A stretch of 32,000 nucleotides of DNA, taken from positions 150,001 through 182,000 of the forward strand of contig NC_000916.1 in NCBI RefSeq assembly GCF_000008645.1, written 5' to 3'. Numbering within the stretch: position 1 is the stretch's first letter; each line of letters starts with the position of its first letter. Below the pieces are notes generated by a model. The model was not told the origin of the DNA. It saw nothing but the letters and a program-made list of their open reading frames with translations, and searched no databases. Below, piece after piece: positions 16,996 to 27,152 of the stretch. Made by a program: the position numbers and the translations under genes. The stretch comes from Methanothermobacter thermautotrophicus str. Delta H (lineage in GTDB: Archaea > Methanobacteriota > Methanobacteria > Methanobacteriales > Methanothermobacteraceae).

Positions 16996-17303
16996 GGTTA
17001 CCAGCCTCAGTCTCCTTATAAGTGTGTATTAAACTTATTATTTAAAAATTTTGGTCCATTAGATGCCCCCTAATCCAAATTAAGGAATGACCACAGATTA
17101 ATATAAAAATTGCAAATGGTAGTCATATCCATGGGATGAATTCCAACCATCAACCAATGTTTAAGTGAAAGCATATAAATAAATGTTTATATTACTGGAA
17201 TTCTTCAAATTATTAAATGATCCGGTGTGCCCCCTAAATTCTTAAAAGGGAATGGCTCCATAAAACTAACCATTCGCCCTAACTTTTTCACTGGAGGATG
17301 CTG

Positions 17304-18578
17304 ATGAAGATAACAGAATTTGATTACAGACGGATTTCTGAACTCGTTGAAAGAGCAAGGCTTGACGTCGATGATGTCCTTGGACCCGTGGCAGACATCA
17401 TATCCATGGTGAGGGATGGAGGTGACGATGCCCTCAGGGAACTCACAGGGAGATTCGATGGAGTGACCGTTGAGAACTTCAGGGTCAGCAGGGAGGAGAT
17501 AGAGGAGGCCCACAAAAACCTTGAACCCGGGGTGAAGGAGGCACTCAGGGAAGCCGCCAGCAACATTGAGGAATTCCACAGGATGCAGATGCCCTCAGGC
17601 TGGATGTCTGAGGTTAGACCCGGGGTCATGGCCGGCCAGCTGGTGCGCCCCATTGACAGTGTGGGCTGCTACATACCGGGTGGAAGGGCTGTGTACCCCT
17701 CAACGATACTCATGACCGTGATACCTGCAAGGATAGCAGGTGTTGAGAGGATAGTATGCTGCACCCCGCCGGCACAGGACGGCTCGGTACCCGACGCGGT
17801 TCTTGTGGCAGCCGACATGGCAGGGGCCAGTGAAATATACCGTGTTGGGGGAGCACAGGCCGTTGCAGCGATGGCCTACGGCACAGAGACCATCAGGCCC
17901 GTTGATAAAATCGTTGGACCTGGCAACATATTTGTAACCGCTGCAAAGAAACTGGTCTACGGTGAAGTGGACATAGACTTCCCTGCAGGACCCTCAGAGG
18001 TCCTTATAATCGCCGATGAAACTGCCAGTCCAGAGTACATCGCCCTCGAAATACTTGCACAGGCAGAACACGACCCCCAGGCTGCAAGCGTCCTTGTCAC
18101 AGACTCCAGGGACCTTGCCCTTGAGGTGAAGGAGATGGTCCATGAAAACATTAAATACATGGAAAGGGCCAATATCATAAGGGAGTCCCTTGAAAGGTAC
18201 GGGATGATAGTTTTAACAGCTGATATTGATGAGGCTGTGGACTTCAGCAATGCATACGCCCCCGAGCACCTTGTTATAATGACGGATTCTCCAGAAGAAA
18301 CATTGGAGGGCATCCGTAACGCGGGATCCATATTCCTGGGGGAACTGTCCCCTGTGGCTGCAGGGGATTACGGTTCAGGCACAAACCATGTGCTGCCAAC
18401 CTCGGGATGCGCAAGGATGTACTCGGGTCTCTCCACAGAATCCTTCATCAAAAAACCAACAGTCCAGAGGATAACCAAGGAGGGCCTCAGAAACCTCCAG
18501 GGCACCGTCCTGAAACTTGCAGAGTACGAGGGCCTCCATGCCCATGCTGAATCCTTCAGGAGGAGGCTGAGGGACTGA
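17304..18578 (+). CDS. hisD: Histidinol dehydrogenase
   Basis: [32 protein letters not shown] directly abuts the first ATG (17298), so the second ATG (17304, 6-nt spacing) is preferred. Confidence 0.95.
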   Translation: MKITEFDYRRISELVERARLDVDDVLGPVADIISMVRDGGDDALRELTGRFDGVTVENFRVSREEIEEAHKNLEPGVKEALREAASNIEEFHRMQMPSGWMSEVRPGVMAGQLVRPIDSVGCYIPGGRAVYPSTILMTVIPARIAGVERIVCCTPPAQDGSVPDAVLVAADMAGASEIYRVGGAQAVAAMAYGTETIRPVDKIVGPGNIFVTAAKKLVYGEVDIDFPAGPSEVLIIADETASPEYIALEILAQAEHDPQAASVLVTDSRDLALEVKEMVHENIKYMERANIIRESLERYGMIVLTADIDEAVDFSNAYAPEHLVIMTDSPEETLEGIRNAGSIFLGELSPVAAGDYGSGTNHVLPTSGCARMYSGLSTESFIKKPTVQRITKEGLRNLQGTVLKLAEYEGLHAHAESFRRRLRD

Positions 18579-18671
18579 TTGATGAAGGCAGATTAATCTG
18601 CTGAACTCTGATAATGCATGGTTTCATCAGAGACCTTAAATATTCACTTTAAACTGTTAGAGGTGATTTGA

Positions 18672-19985
18672 TTGTTACTTGGAGATCTTAGAAGGACTCA
18701 TTACTCAAAGGACATAGAACCGGAGATGGATGGAGATGAAGTCACGGTTATGGGCTGGGTCCATGAAATAAGGGACCTTGGAGGGATAATATTCGTACTC
18801 CTAAGGGACCGTGACGGGCTCATACAGATAACAGCCCCCAGTAAAAAGATTGAAAAGGACCTCTTCAAATCCATAAGGAAGCTCAAAAAGGAATCCGTGG
18901 TCGCCTTTGGTGGTACTGTGCAGGAGTCAGGCAAGGCACCGGGCGGATTTGAGATAATACCCTCCTTCCTCAAGGTACTTAACATATCAAAGCAGCCCCT
19001 CCCACTGGACCCAACAGAGAAGGTTAAGGCTGAGATAGACACAAGACTCGACGCAAGATTCCTTGACCTCAGAAAACCATCCGTAAGCGCAATATTCAAG
19101 ATAAAAAGCAGAATGCTGCATTCAGTCAGGGTATTCCTTGAAGAACAGGGATTCCTCGAGATAAACACCCCAAAGTTAGTTGCATCTGCAACAGAGGGAG
19201 GTACAGAGCTTTTCCCCATAACCTACTTTGAGAGGGAGGCCTTCCTCGGCCAGAGCCCACAGCTGTACAAGCAGATCATGATGTCAACGGGCCTGGACCG
19301 TGTGTACGAAATCGCCCCAATATTCAGGGCAGAGGAACACGACACCCTCAGGCACCTCAACGAGGTCATATCAATCGACATCGAGGCATCCTTTGTTGAC
19401 CACGAGGACGTGATGAAGATACTTGAAAACCTCGTGGTGAGGGTCATTGAAGACGTGAATGAGCACTGCACTGATGCCCTGGAAACCCTTGGAAGGACAC
19501 TGGAGGTGCCTGAAACACCATTCGAGCGCCTGGAGTATGATGAGGCCGTTGAAATGGTTAACTCAAAGGGAGTTCCGATGAAACATGGAGAAGACCTCCC
19601 AAGAGCCGCTGAGAAGGCCCTGGGTGAGATCATGGATGGCTACTACTTCATAACATCCTGGCCAACCGCCATAAAACCATTCTATGTCATGCCAGACGAG
19701 GATGACCCTGAGAGGAGTCATGCATTTGACCTCATGTACAGGGACCTTGAGATATCCTCAGGGGCCATGAGGGTACACCAGCATGACCTCCTTGTTGAGA
19801 AGATAAAAAGACAGGGTCTTAACCCTGATTCATTTGAGAGCTACCTTTCAGCCTTTGAGTACGGCATGCCACCCCACGCAGGATGGGGACTCGGTGCTGA
19901 GAGGTTCAACATGACCCTCACAGGACTTAAAAACATAAGGGAGACGGTCCTCTTCCCGAGGGACAGGAGGAGGCTCACGCCGTAG
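18672..19985 (+). CDS. aspS: Aspartyl-tRNA synthetase, archaeal type
   Basis: TTG start preceded by AGGTGATTTGA. Near-collinear with archaeal AspRS: LRRTHY, OB-fold region, class II motifs FRAEE, GLGAERF, and the [11 protein letters not shown]-terminus. Confidence 0.95.
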   Translation: MLLGDLRRTHYSKDIEPEMDGDEVTVMGWVHEIRDLGGIIFVLLRDRDGLIQITAPSKKIEKDLFKSIRKLKKESVVAFGGTVQESGKAPGGFEIIPSFLKVLNISKQPLPLDPTEKVKAEIDTRLDARFLDLRKPSVSAIFKIKSRMLHSVRVFLEEQGFLEINTPKLVASATEGGTELFPITYFEREAFLGQSPQLYKQIMMSTGLDRVYEIAPIFRAEEHDTLRHLNEVISIDIEASFVDHEDVMKILENLVVRVIEDVNEHCTDALETLGRTLEVPETPFERLEYDEAVEMVNSKGVPMKHGEDLPRAAEKALGEIMDGYYFITSWPTAIKPFYVMPDEDDPERSHAFDLMYRDLEISSGAMRVHQHDLLVEKIKRQGLNPDSFESYLSAFEYGMPPHAGWGLGAERFNMTLTGLKNIRETVLFPRDRRRLTP

Positions 19986-19996
19986 GTGATAATTTG

Positions 19997-20614
19997 ATGG
20001 GAGCATCCACAGGCCAGGGCTATGAAATAGCAAGGAAGAGCAGGGAGATAGTGAGGGAACTCATCTCCGAGGATATATCCTCGCTGGGTCCCGCTGAGGT
20101 GGCCATAGTTGAAAGGATAGTCCACTCCACCGCCGACCCGGAATATGCACGTATAACAGAATTCAGCCAGGGCTTTGTTGATGAGGCACTCAGATCCCTC
20201 AGGAGTTCAGGCGGGATACTCACAGACATTGAAATGGTCCGCGCAGGCATATCACATCCCTCCCGGTGCTACATAAGGGAACCCGCTGTGAGGGAGCTTG
20301 CAGAGAAAAGGGACATCACAAGGGCCGCTGCTTCAATGGAGTACGCCGCCAGCCAGGGATTCCGGGGGATCGTTGTCATAGGCAACGCACCGACAGCCCT
20401 CATGAAGGTGATTGAACTAACCCTTGAAGGCCTGATGGATGCCAGGGCCGTTATAGGTGTGCCTGTGGGCTTTGTAGGTGCTGCAGAGTCTAAAGAGGCC
20501 CTCAGAGGTACAGAAATACCTCATATGATAACCAGGGGTCCCAAGGGGGGCACACCAGTCGCAGTGGCGGCTGCAAACGCACTCATAGCATTATCCAAGG
20601 ATAAAGAGGTTTAG
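19997..20614 (+). CDS. cbiC: Cobalt-precorrin-8 methylmutase (CbiC/CobH)
   Basis: [20 protein letters not shown], and the ~205 aa length. ATG 19997 has AGGTGAT 6 nt upstream. Confidence 0.88.
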   Translation: MGASTGQGYEIARKSREIVRELISEDISSLGPAEVAIVERIVHSTADPEYARITEFSQGFVDEALRSLRSSGGILTDIEMVRAGISHPSRCYIREPAVRELAEKRDITRAAASMEYAASQGFRGIVVIGNAPTALMKVIELTLEGLMDARAVIGVPVGFVGAAESKEALRGTEIPHMITRGPKGGTPVAVAAANALIALSKDKEV

Positions 20615-20625
20615 AGGTTTTAAAA

Positions 20626-21888
20626 ATGAAGTCAGAGGAACTCTTCAGAAGGGCCAGTAACGTCCTCCCGGGGGGTGTGAGTTCACCTGTGAGGAGGTTC
20701 GACCCCCACCCATTCTTTGCAGCGGGGGGCAGCGGATGCCTGCTTGAAAGCGTGGATGGTGAAAGCTACATTGACTACTGTCTGGCCTATGGCCCCCTCA
20801 TACTGGGACACGCCCACCCACGTGTAGTTGAGGCTGTGAATGAGCAGATAAAAAGGGGGACAACCTACGGTGTTCCCACAGAGGGGGAGATAGAACTTGC
20901 AGAGGCCATCATCGAGAGGGTGCCATGCGCTGAGATGGTGAGGTTCACAAATTCAGGGACTGAGGCCACCATGGCCGCTGTGAGGCTTGCCAGGGCCTTC
21001 ACAGGGAGGGACAGGATAGTTAAATTTGAGGGATCCTATCACGGTGCCCACGACTACGTCCTTGTGAGGCCGGGTTCAGGGGCGGCCACAGCACCTGATT
21101 CACCTGGAATACCAGTGGATACTGTCAGAAACACCCTGACGGTACCATTCAACCATGAGGAGGCAATGGCTGAACTCATCGAGGGGGCGGGTGAGGATAT
21201 AGCGTGCATACTGGTGGAACCTGTCATGGGAAACATAGGGTGCATAGAACCTGAAAATGGTTACCTGCAGTTCCTGAGGGACATAACACGTGAAAATGAT
21301 ATCATCCTCATATTTGATGAGGTGATAACCGGATTCAGGCTTGCACCAGGGGGTGCCCAGGAGTACTACAGGGTTGAACCCGACCTTGTAACCCTTGGAA
21401 AGATAGTTGGAGGCGGCTTCCCAATGGGGGCACTGGCAGGCAGAAGGGAGATAATGGAAAATATATCACCTGCAGGTAACGTCTACCAGGCAGGTACCTT
21501 CAACGGGAACCCTGTATCTGTAACTGCAGGTCGTGAGACCCTCAGACTCCTTGATGGGAGGATGTATTCTGACCTTGAGAGGAAGGGGTCGACGCTGAGG
21601 GCTGGTCTCAGGGACCTCCTCTCTGACCTGGACCTTGAATACCAGGTCACCGGGCCAGCATCAATGTTCCAGTTATACTTCACAGGGGAGGAGGTCAGGA
21701 ACTATGGGGATGCTAAAAAATCCGATACAGTGCTCTTCATGGAGTACTTCCATGGCCTGCTTGAGAGGGGGGTATTCATACCACCGTCCCAGTTTGAGTG
21801 CTGCTTCATATCGGCTGCCCATGAATCAGAGCACATAGAGGCGACCCTTGAAGCTGCCGAGGAGGTTCTCAGCGGCCTTAAAAATTAA
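20626..21888 (+). CDS. hemL: Glutamate-1-semialdehyde 2,1-aminomutase
   Basis: [28 protein letters not shown], and the PLP-lysine context TLGKIVGGG. 420 aa. Confidence 0.95.
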   Translation: MKSEELFRRASNVLPGGVSSPVRRFDPHPFFAAGGSGCLLESVDGESYIDYCLAYGPLILGHAHPRVVEAVNEQIKRGTTYGVPTEGEIELAEAIIERVPCAEMVRFTNSGTEATMAAVRLARAFTGRDRIVKFEGSYHGAHDYVLVRPGSGAATAPDSPGIPVDTVRNTLTVPFNHEEAMAELIEGAGEDIACILVEPVMGNIGCIEPENGYLQFLRDITRENDIILIFDEVITGFRLAPGGAQEYYRVEPDLVTLGKIVGGGFPMGALAGRREIMENISPAGNVYQAGTFNGNPVSVTAGRETLRLLDGRMYSDLERKGSTLRAGLRDLLSDLDLEYQVTGPASMFQLYFTGEEVRNYGDAKKSDTVLFMEYFHGLLERGVFIPPSQFECCFISAAHESEHIEATLEAAEEVLSGLKN

Positions 21889-21892
21889 TTAA

Positions 21893-21914
21893 TTTTTTTG
21901 ACTGAAATTTTCAG
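21893..21914. terminator. Convergent terminator region (T7 plus short palindrome)
   Basis: T7 at 21893-21899, just after the hemL stop. The palindrome CTGAAA-t-TTTCAG at 21902-21914 lies between the two convergent stops. Confidence 0.45.
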
Positions 21915-21916
21915 AA

Positions 21917-22486
21917 TCAGGTGAATTTTACTGCTATGAAGAAGTAGAGGAAGCATATCACAACAAATATCAGGAGTGCCATGACAGCTGTCTTCAGGAA
22001 TCTGCTGTTAAGGGCGTTCCCCTCACGTTCAGCCAGGAACTCCCTCTGCTCACGCACCTGCGATATGAAGCTCTCTGCCTCCACACCTCCACCGGTCACC
22101 AGGTTGCTGTCAATAATCTCCTCATCAAGGAGCTCGTTAACTATCTCCTTCTGTTCCCTCACATCATCGATTATTCTCTTCTCAGCAACGAATTCCATGA
22201 GGGACCATTTCCCGGTTTTTATCTCTTTGGGGGTTCTCTCCTCATTTTCTATGCTCCTTGAAAGATCCTCAAGGAGTCTAATCCTTTTATCTTCATCCTT
22301 GATTTCACTTTCGGTAGCTTCCGGTTCCTCATAGAACTTCTCGAGTGTATCATAGTATTCAAGTGAACCCCCACATTCACAGGACGAAAAATCAGCTGGA
22401 CTCTCTCCCTCCTGGAGATGATAGTAACCCCCGCATTCTGTACATATGAGGTAGCCCCTGGTTTTTGCAGTGTTCTCATTGGACAA
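21917..22486 (-). CDS. Zinc-ribbon protein with an acidic coiled-coil and a C-terminal transmembrane tail, hypothetical
   Basis: TTG start preceded by GGGGGATACAG. CTECGG...CECGG zinc ribbon, a Glu-rich middle, and the C-terminal hydrophobic segment [21 protein letters not shown]. Confidence 0.6.
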   Translation of the reverse strand: MSNENTAKTRGYLICTECGGYYHLQEGESPADFSSCECGGSLEYYDTLEKFYEEPEATESEIKDEDKRIRLLEDLSRSIENEERTPKEIKTGKWSLMEFVAEKRIIDDVREQKEIVNELLDEEIIDSNLVTGGGVEAESFISQVREQREFLAEREGNALNSRFLKTAVMALLIFVVICFLYFFIAVKFT

Positions 22487-22577
22487 CTGTATCCCCCAAC
22501 ACTACTATTTACATTATAATAATTAAGTTTTGTGTATCATTCAATGAAATTCATTGAGGACCATTAATATTAAATGG

Positions 22578-22584
22578 AAAAAAA
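22578..22584 (-). terminator. Oligo-T terminator after the 236-aa gene
   Basis: T7 on the minus strand about 12 nt after the TGA stop (22597-22599). Confidence 0.45.
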
Positions 22585-22596
22585 GAGGGGGGTTAA

Positions 22597-23307
22597 TCAG
22601 TTGCCCACCCTTTCAAGACCCGTTGATATTAGGAACTGCACAACAGCGCCCTCAGGCACAACGACGATGTTTCCCTGCTGGTACTGCTGTAGACCGGCAT
22701 TCACCATTGCAAGGTACTTTGAGCGGTCCTTTGTTGCGTTGAATATGGCCCTCATGAGTGACTGAATTGCCACACCCCTGGATGAGCCCTGCTGCTGTTC
22801 CTCCCTGAGGAACTGTATGCTGTTTCCTGAAACATAACCCTGACCCTCAACGTAGACGGGTCCTATGGACTGCAGTATGCCGTCAACAGCCTGGGGAGTT
22901 ACTATGACCACTATATCCGTTTTTATGCCTGTATTGTATTCCACTATTTCCTGTGCGAGTCTGGCACCCCTTTCGGTGTCATTCTCCCAGAGGGCATCAT
23001 GCAGGAGCCACCTGCTGACGCCCTGGGCCCTTAGGGATGCAGGGGACTGTGCCGTGGGGTGGGCCATGTTGTGTGGGTACACAGCCGTCACATTGGTTAT
23101 GTTACCCTCATTCATGGTTATTATGAAGGCCATGTCAACGGCACCTATGCCGGGCCTTGGTTCACCGGGATCCGCACAGAGCAGCAGCACATGCTTCTCT
23201 CCCACAAAAACGTTCTGGGAGTTTGTGATGTAATTCTCATACGTCACAACGGAAAGTCCGAGGATTACGATGAAAAGGCCGATTATTATCTTATTCTTGG
23301 TATCCAT
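22597..23307 (-). CDS. N-terminally membrane-anchored extracytoplasmic protein, hypothetical (faint LytR-CpsA-Psr-like pattern)
   Basis: ATG preceded by GAAGGTAGAACC. N-terminal anchor IIIGLFIVILGLSVV. The blocks HVLLLCADPGEP...VDMAFIITMN and TDIVVIVTPQAVDGILQSIGPVYV resemble LCP-domain blocks by eye. The product call is low confidence. Confidence 0.55.
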   Translation of the reverse strand: MDTKNKIIIGLFIVILGLSVVTYENYITNSQNVFVGEKHVLLLCADPGEPRPGIGAVDMAFIITMNEGNITNVTAVYPHNMAHPTAQSPASLRAQGVSRWLLHDALWENDTERGARLAQEIVEYNTGIKTDIVVIVTPQAVDGILQSIGPVYVEGQGYVSGNSIQFLREEQQQGSSRGVAIQSLMRAIFNATKDRSKYLAMVNAGLQQYQQGNIVVVPEGAVVQFLISTGLERVGN

Positions 23308-23332
23308 GGTTCTACCTTCCTTCAGTGATTTT

Positions 23333-23358
23333 TTTAATGTGTGTCTTTAATGTGTGTC
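23333..23358. repeat. Perfect tandem duplication of a 13-mer
   Basis: TTTAATGTGTGTC occurs twice back to back in the divergent intergenic region between 23307 and 23588. Confidence 0.9.
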
Positions 23359-23554
23359 AGCAGGATCACTAATTAAAAAATTTCATGTTTATATTATTTT
23401 TCCGTTAACCTAAATTTTCTTATGCAGAAGACATTTATATATTTATTCGCCGTCATCTATTAAAAAGCTGAATCTTATAATACTCATGACCATATATTAA
23501 TCTTGCTGCCTGCGCCGTAACTCTCTAAGACCTGATCATGGAATATGGAGATAA

Positions 23555-24292
<738 letters not shown>

Positions 24293-24368
24293 TAGGACCG
24301 TTAATCGTATTAATTAAATTAATATTAACTGACCGGATGAACAAAAATTATGATCAGGTAGATTTGAA

Positions 24369-25136
24369 ATGTCACCATTAAAGCCCCTTTACAAGCTGTA
24401 CGAATGGTACATATCGCGCAACCTCAGAAGGGACAGAATGCCAAGACATGTTGCCATCATCATGGATGGTAACAGGAGATACTCAAAGCTGCAGGGCAGT
24501 ATGAACCCCATAGAAGGCCATAAGAAGGGCATAGAAACCCTCGAGAAGGTCCTGGACTGGTGCGTGGACCTCGGGATAGAAATAGTAACGGCGTACGCCT
24601 TCTCAACAGAGAACTTCAAGAGACCAGAAAAGGAGGTTAAGGGTCTCATGAAGCTCTTCAGGGAAAACTTCGAGGCCATAGCAAGCAATGAGAAGATACA
24701 TAAGAACAGGGTCAGGGTCAGAGCAGTCGGAAAACTTGAACTCCTCCCGGAGGACGTCAGAAGGGCCATAGAGATCGCTGAGAAGTCAACAGAGCAGTAC
24801 TCAGACCGCCTTGTGAACATAGCCATAGGATATGATGGAAGGCAGGAGATAGTTGACGCCACAAGAAAGATTGCAGAGGATGTTAAGGCGGGTTTGATAG
24901 ACCCGGAGGACATAGACGAGGACATGATAAACAGAAACCTCTACACTGCAGGTCTGGAGGACCCGCACCTGATAATAAGGACCAGTGGCGAGGAAAGACT
25001 CAGTGGCTTCCTGCTCTGGCAGTCATCCTACTCTGAACTCTACTTCTGCGACAGCCTGTGGCCTGAACTCAGGAAGGTAGACTTTTTAAGGGCCATAAGG
25101 TCATATCAGCAGCGTGAGAGAAGGTTCGGCGTCTAG
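24369..25136 (+). CDS. uppS: cis-Prenyltransferase (undecaprenyl-diphosphate synthase family)
   Basis: [46 protein letters not shown]. Confidence 0.92.
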
Positions 25137-25192
25137 CACAGCCCCTTGATTCATGGGAGGTATGTAGACGTTATCCATATCAATCACTGATT

Positions 25193-25963
25193 ATGGGAGG
25201 TATCATCATTATAGACGTTCACTGTCACCTTGACTTCAAGGACTTCAACAGGAACCGTGAAGAGGTCATCGAAAGGGCCAGGAGTAAATTGAGGGCTGTT
25301 ATAGATTCAGGGGTTGGTCTCGGGGGTAACAGGAGGGCCCTTGAACTTGCATCCCTCAACCCAGGTTTCATATGCCCTACAATGGGGTTCCACCCGGTTG
25401 ATGCATCAAAGGCAAGACAGGACCTTATAGGGGAGGTTGTCTCGCAGATAGAATCAAATATTGACCTTATAGTTGCAGTTGGGGAGACAGGCATGGACTT
25501 CCACCACACCCGTGATGAGGAGGGTAGAAGAAGGCAGGAGGAGACCTTCAGGGTATTTGTGGAACTCGCAGCTGAACATGAAATGCCCCTGGTGGTCCAT
25601 GCAAGGGACGCTGAGGAGAGGGCCCTTGAAACTGTCCTTGAATACAGGGTACCCGAGGTAATCTTTCACTGCTATGGTGGAAGCATTGAAACAGCCCGCA
25701 GGATACTGGATGAGGGATATTACATATCCATCTCGACACTTGTGGCATTTTCAGAGCACCACATGGAACTTGTGAGGGCAATCCCCCTTGAGGGCATGTT
25801 AACGGAGACAGACAGCCCCTACCTTTCACCCTTCAGGGGAAAACGTAACGAGCCAGCCTTCGTGGAGGAAGCTGTCAGGGCGATAGCCAGAATCAAGGAC
25901 ATGGACCTTGAGGATGTTGACAGTATCACAACAGCAAATGCAGAAAGAGTGTTTGGTTTATAG
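25193..25963 (+). CDS. tatD: TatD-family metal-dependent hydrolase
   Basis: IDVHCHL, GETGMDFHH, VVHARDA, HCYGG, TETDSPYL. Confidence 0.9.
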   Translation: MGGIIIIDVHCHLDFKDFNRNREEVIERARSKLRAVIDSGVGLGGNRRALELASLNPGFICPTMGFHPVDASKARQDLIGEVVSQIESNIDLIVAVGETGMDFHHTRDEEGRRRQEETFRVFVELAAEHEMPLVVHARDAEERALETVLEYRVPEVIFHCYGGSIETARRILDEGYYISISTLVAFSEHHMELVRAIPLEGMLTETDSPYLSPFRGKRNEPAFVEEAVRAIARIKDMDLEDVDSITTANAERVFGL

Positions 25964-25995
25964 GACTCCCGGGGCTGAGAGTCCCATTATTTTTT
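25963..25995 (+). terminator. Hairpin plus T-run after tatD
   Basis: GGACTC (25963-25968) and GAGTCC (25979-25984) form a stem, followed by T6 at 25990-25995. Confidence 0.5.
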
Positions 25996-26028
25996 CTCTT
26001 TTAGAGTTCATCAGCTTTGAGTCTATTT

Positions 26029-26406
26029 TCAAACTTCAGCAGGGTCATTCTCCGTGAAAACCTCCTTCGCTGCAAGCACAGCATTTATGGCTGCAGGGAA
26101 ACCCGCGTATACGGCCATCTGTATCATGACCTCTATGATCTCATCCTTACTGCAGCCAGCATTTAGGGCTCCCCGCACATGGCTCTTCAGCTGATCATCG
26201 GCCCTCAGTACTGTGAGGGCGGCAAGGGTCAAAAGTTCCCTTGTTTTAAGGTCAAGCACGCCCCTGGAGTAGACATCTCCGTATGCAAATTCAGCAACAA
26301 AGCGTGCAAGGTCCGGTGCAACATCCTCAAGTTCATCCCTGATGGCGGTGTAGGATTTCCTGTTCATTCTGTTGAGTATCTCCATTCCCCTCCTGTACCT
26401 CTCCAT
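26029..26406 (-). CDS. Carboxymuconolactone decarboxylase (AhpD-like) family protein
   Basis: [55 protein letters not shown] fits the CMD-domain pattern. ATG preceded by GGAGGTTGAACC. Confidence 0.85.
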   Translation of the reverse strand: MERYRRGMEILNRMNRKSYTAIRDELEDVAPDLARFVAEFAYGDVYSRGVLDLKTRELLTLAALTVLRADDQLKSHVRGALNAGCSKDEIIEVMIQMAVYAGFPAAINAVLAAKEVFTENDPAEV

Positions 26407-26499
26407 GGTTCAACCTCCACTGGTTTCATCATTCTTCGACTTAAAATTCCACATTAATTTATAGGATGACATCTATAAATAGGTCGGAGGAGGAAGGCC

Positions 26500-27150
26500 A
26501 TGAGACCCTACGTTATACTCAACGCAGCCATGACACTTGATGGTAAGATTGCAACGGCAACAGGGAGCTCTGAGATATCTGGTGAGGAGGATCTCAGGAG
26601 GGTCCATGAACTCAGAAGGGAGTGTGACGCCATAATGGTGGGCATAAACACGGTGCTGGCGGATGACCCGCGCCTCACAGTCCACAGGGTAGATGCAGCC
26701 CCCGGGGATAATCCGGTCAGGGTTGTGGTTGACAGCATGGCCAGGACACCCCCCCATTTCAGGGTACTTAACGATGAGGCCCCGACGGTGATAGGTGTTT
26801 CAGAGAGCGCCCCGCCTGAGAGGGTTGCTGAGCTCAGAAAAAGGGCTGAAGTGGTTGTTGCAGGGACCCGGCGGGTCGATCTCCATCTTTTACTTGAACG
26901 GCTGCATGGTATGGGGATAGAGAGACTTATGCTGGAGGGCGGATCGACACTCAACTACTCCATGCTGACCGGTGGCCTGGTGGATGAGGTCCGGGTCTGC
27001 ATAGCACCGATGATAGTTGGGGGCAGGGATGCCAGGACCCTTGTGGATGGTGAGGGTATAGATGAGATGGCAGATGCCATAAGACTTGAACTTAAACGGT
27101 CCTACACCCTGGGTGAGGACCTCATAGTGGAATACACTGTAAAAGGTTAG
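26500..27150 (+). CDS. ribD: 2,5-diamino-6-ribosylamino-4(3H)-pyrimidinone 5'-phosphate reductase (RibD C-terminal-domain type, archaeal stand-alone form)
   Basis: RPYVILNAAMTLDGKIA, VGINTVLADDPRLTV, LEGGSTLN. About 215 aa with no deaminase domain. ATG preceded by GGAGGAGGAAGGCC. Confidence 0.9.
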   Translation: MRPYVILNAAMTLDGKIATATGSSEISGEEDLRRVHELRRECDAIMVGINTVLADDPRLTVHRVDAAPGDNPVRVVVDSMARTPPHFRVLNDEAPTVIGVSESAPPERVAELRKRAEVVVAGTRRVDLHLLLERLHGMGIERLMLEGGSTLNYSMLTGGLVDEVRVCIAPMIVGGRDARTLVDGEGIDEMADAIRLELKRSYTLGEDLIVEYTVKG

Positions 27151-27152
27151 AC

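Noticed and set aside
16622-17032. 136-aa plus-strand ORF opposite the UPF0058-like gene
   Set aside because: The minus-strand ORF has a recognisable conserved small-protein sequence. The plus-strand frame is a Leu/Ser/Phe-rich shadow without start signals.
17205-17579. 124-aa minus-strand ORF overlapping the hisD start
   Set aside because: It is antisense to the well-supported hisD N-terminus and to the leader. It has no SD and a translation that looks like nothing real.
18580-18631. C/D-box sRNA in the hisD-aspS spacer (TGATGA...CTGA...TGATAA...CAGA)
   Set aside because: The box order and spacing are roughly right. However, the terminal D box would be CAGA rather than CUGA, C' is imperfect, and the guide spacers are 15 and 13 nt rather than about 12. 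The C-box region also forms a perfect Watson-Crick helix with the 3' end instead of a K-turn. I keep it only as a structured element.
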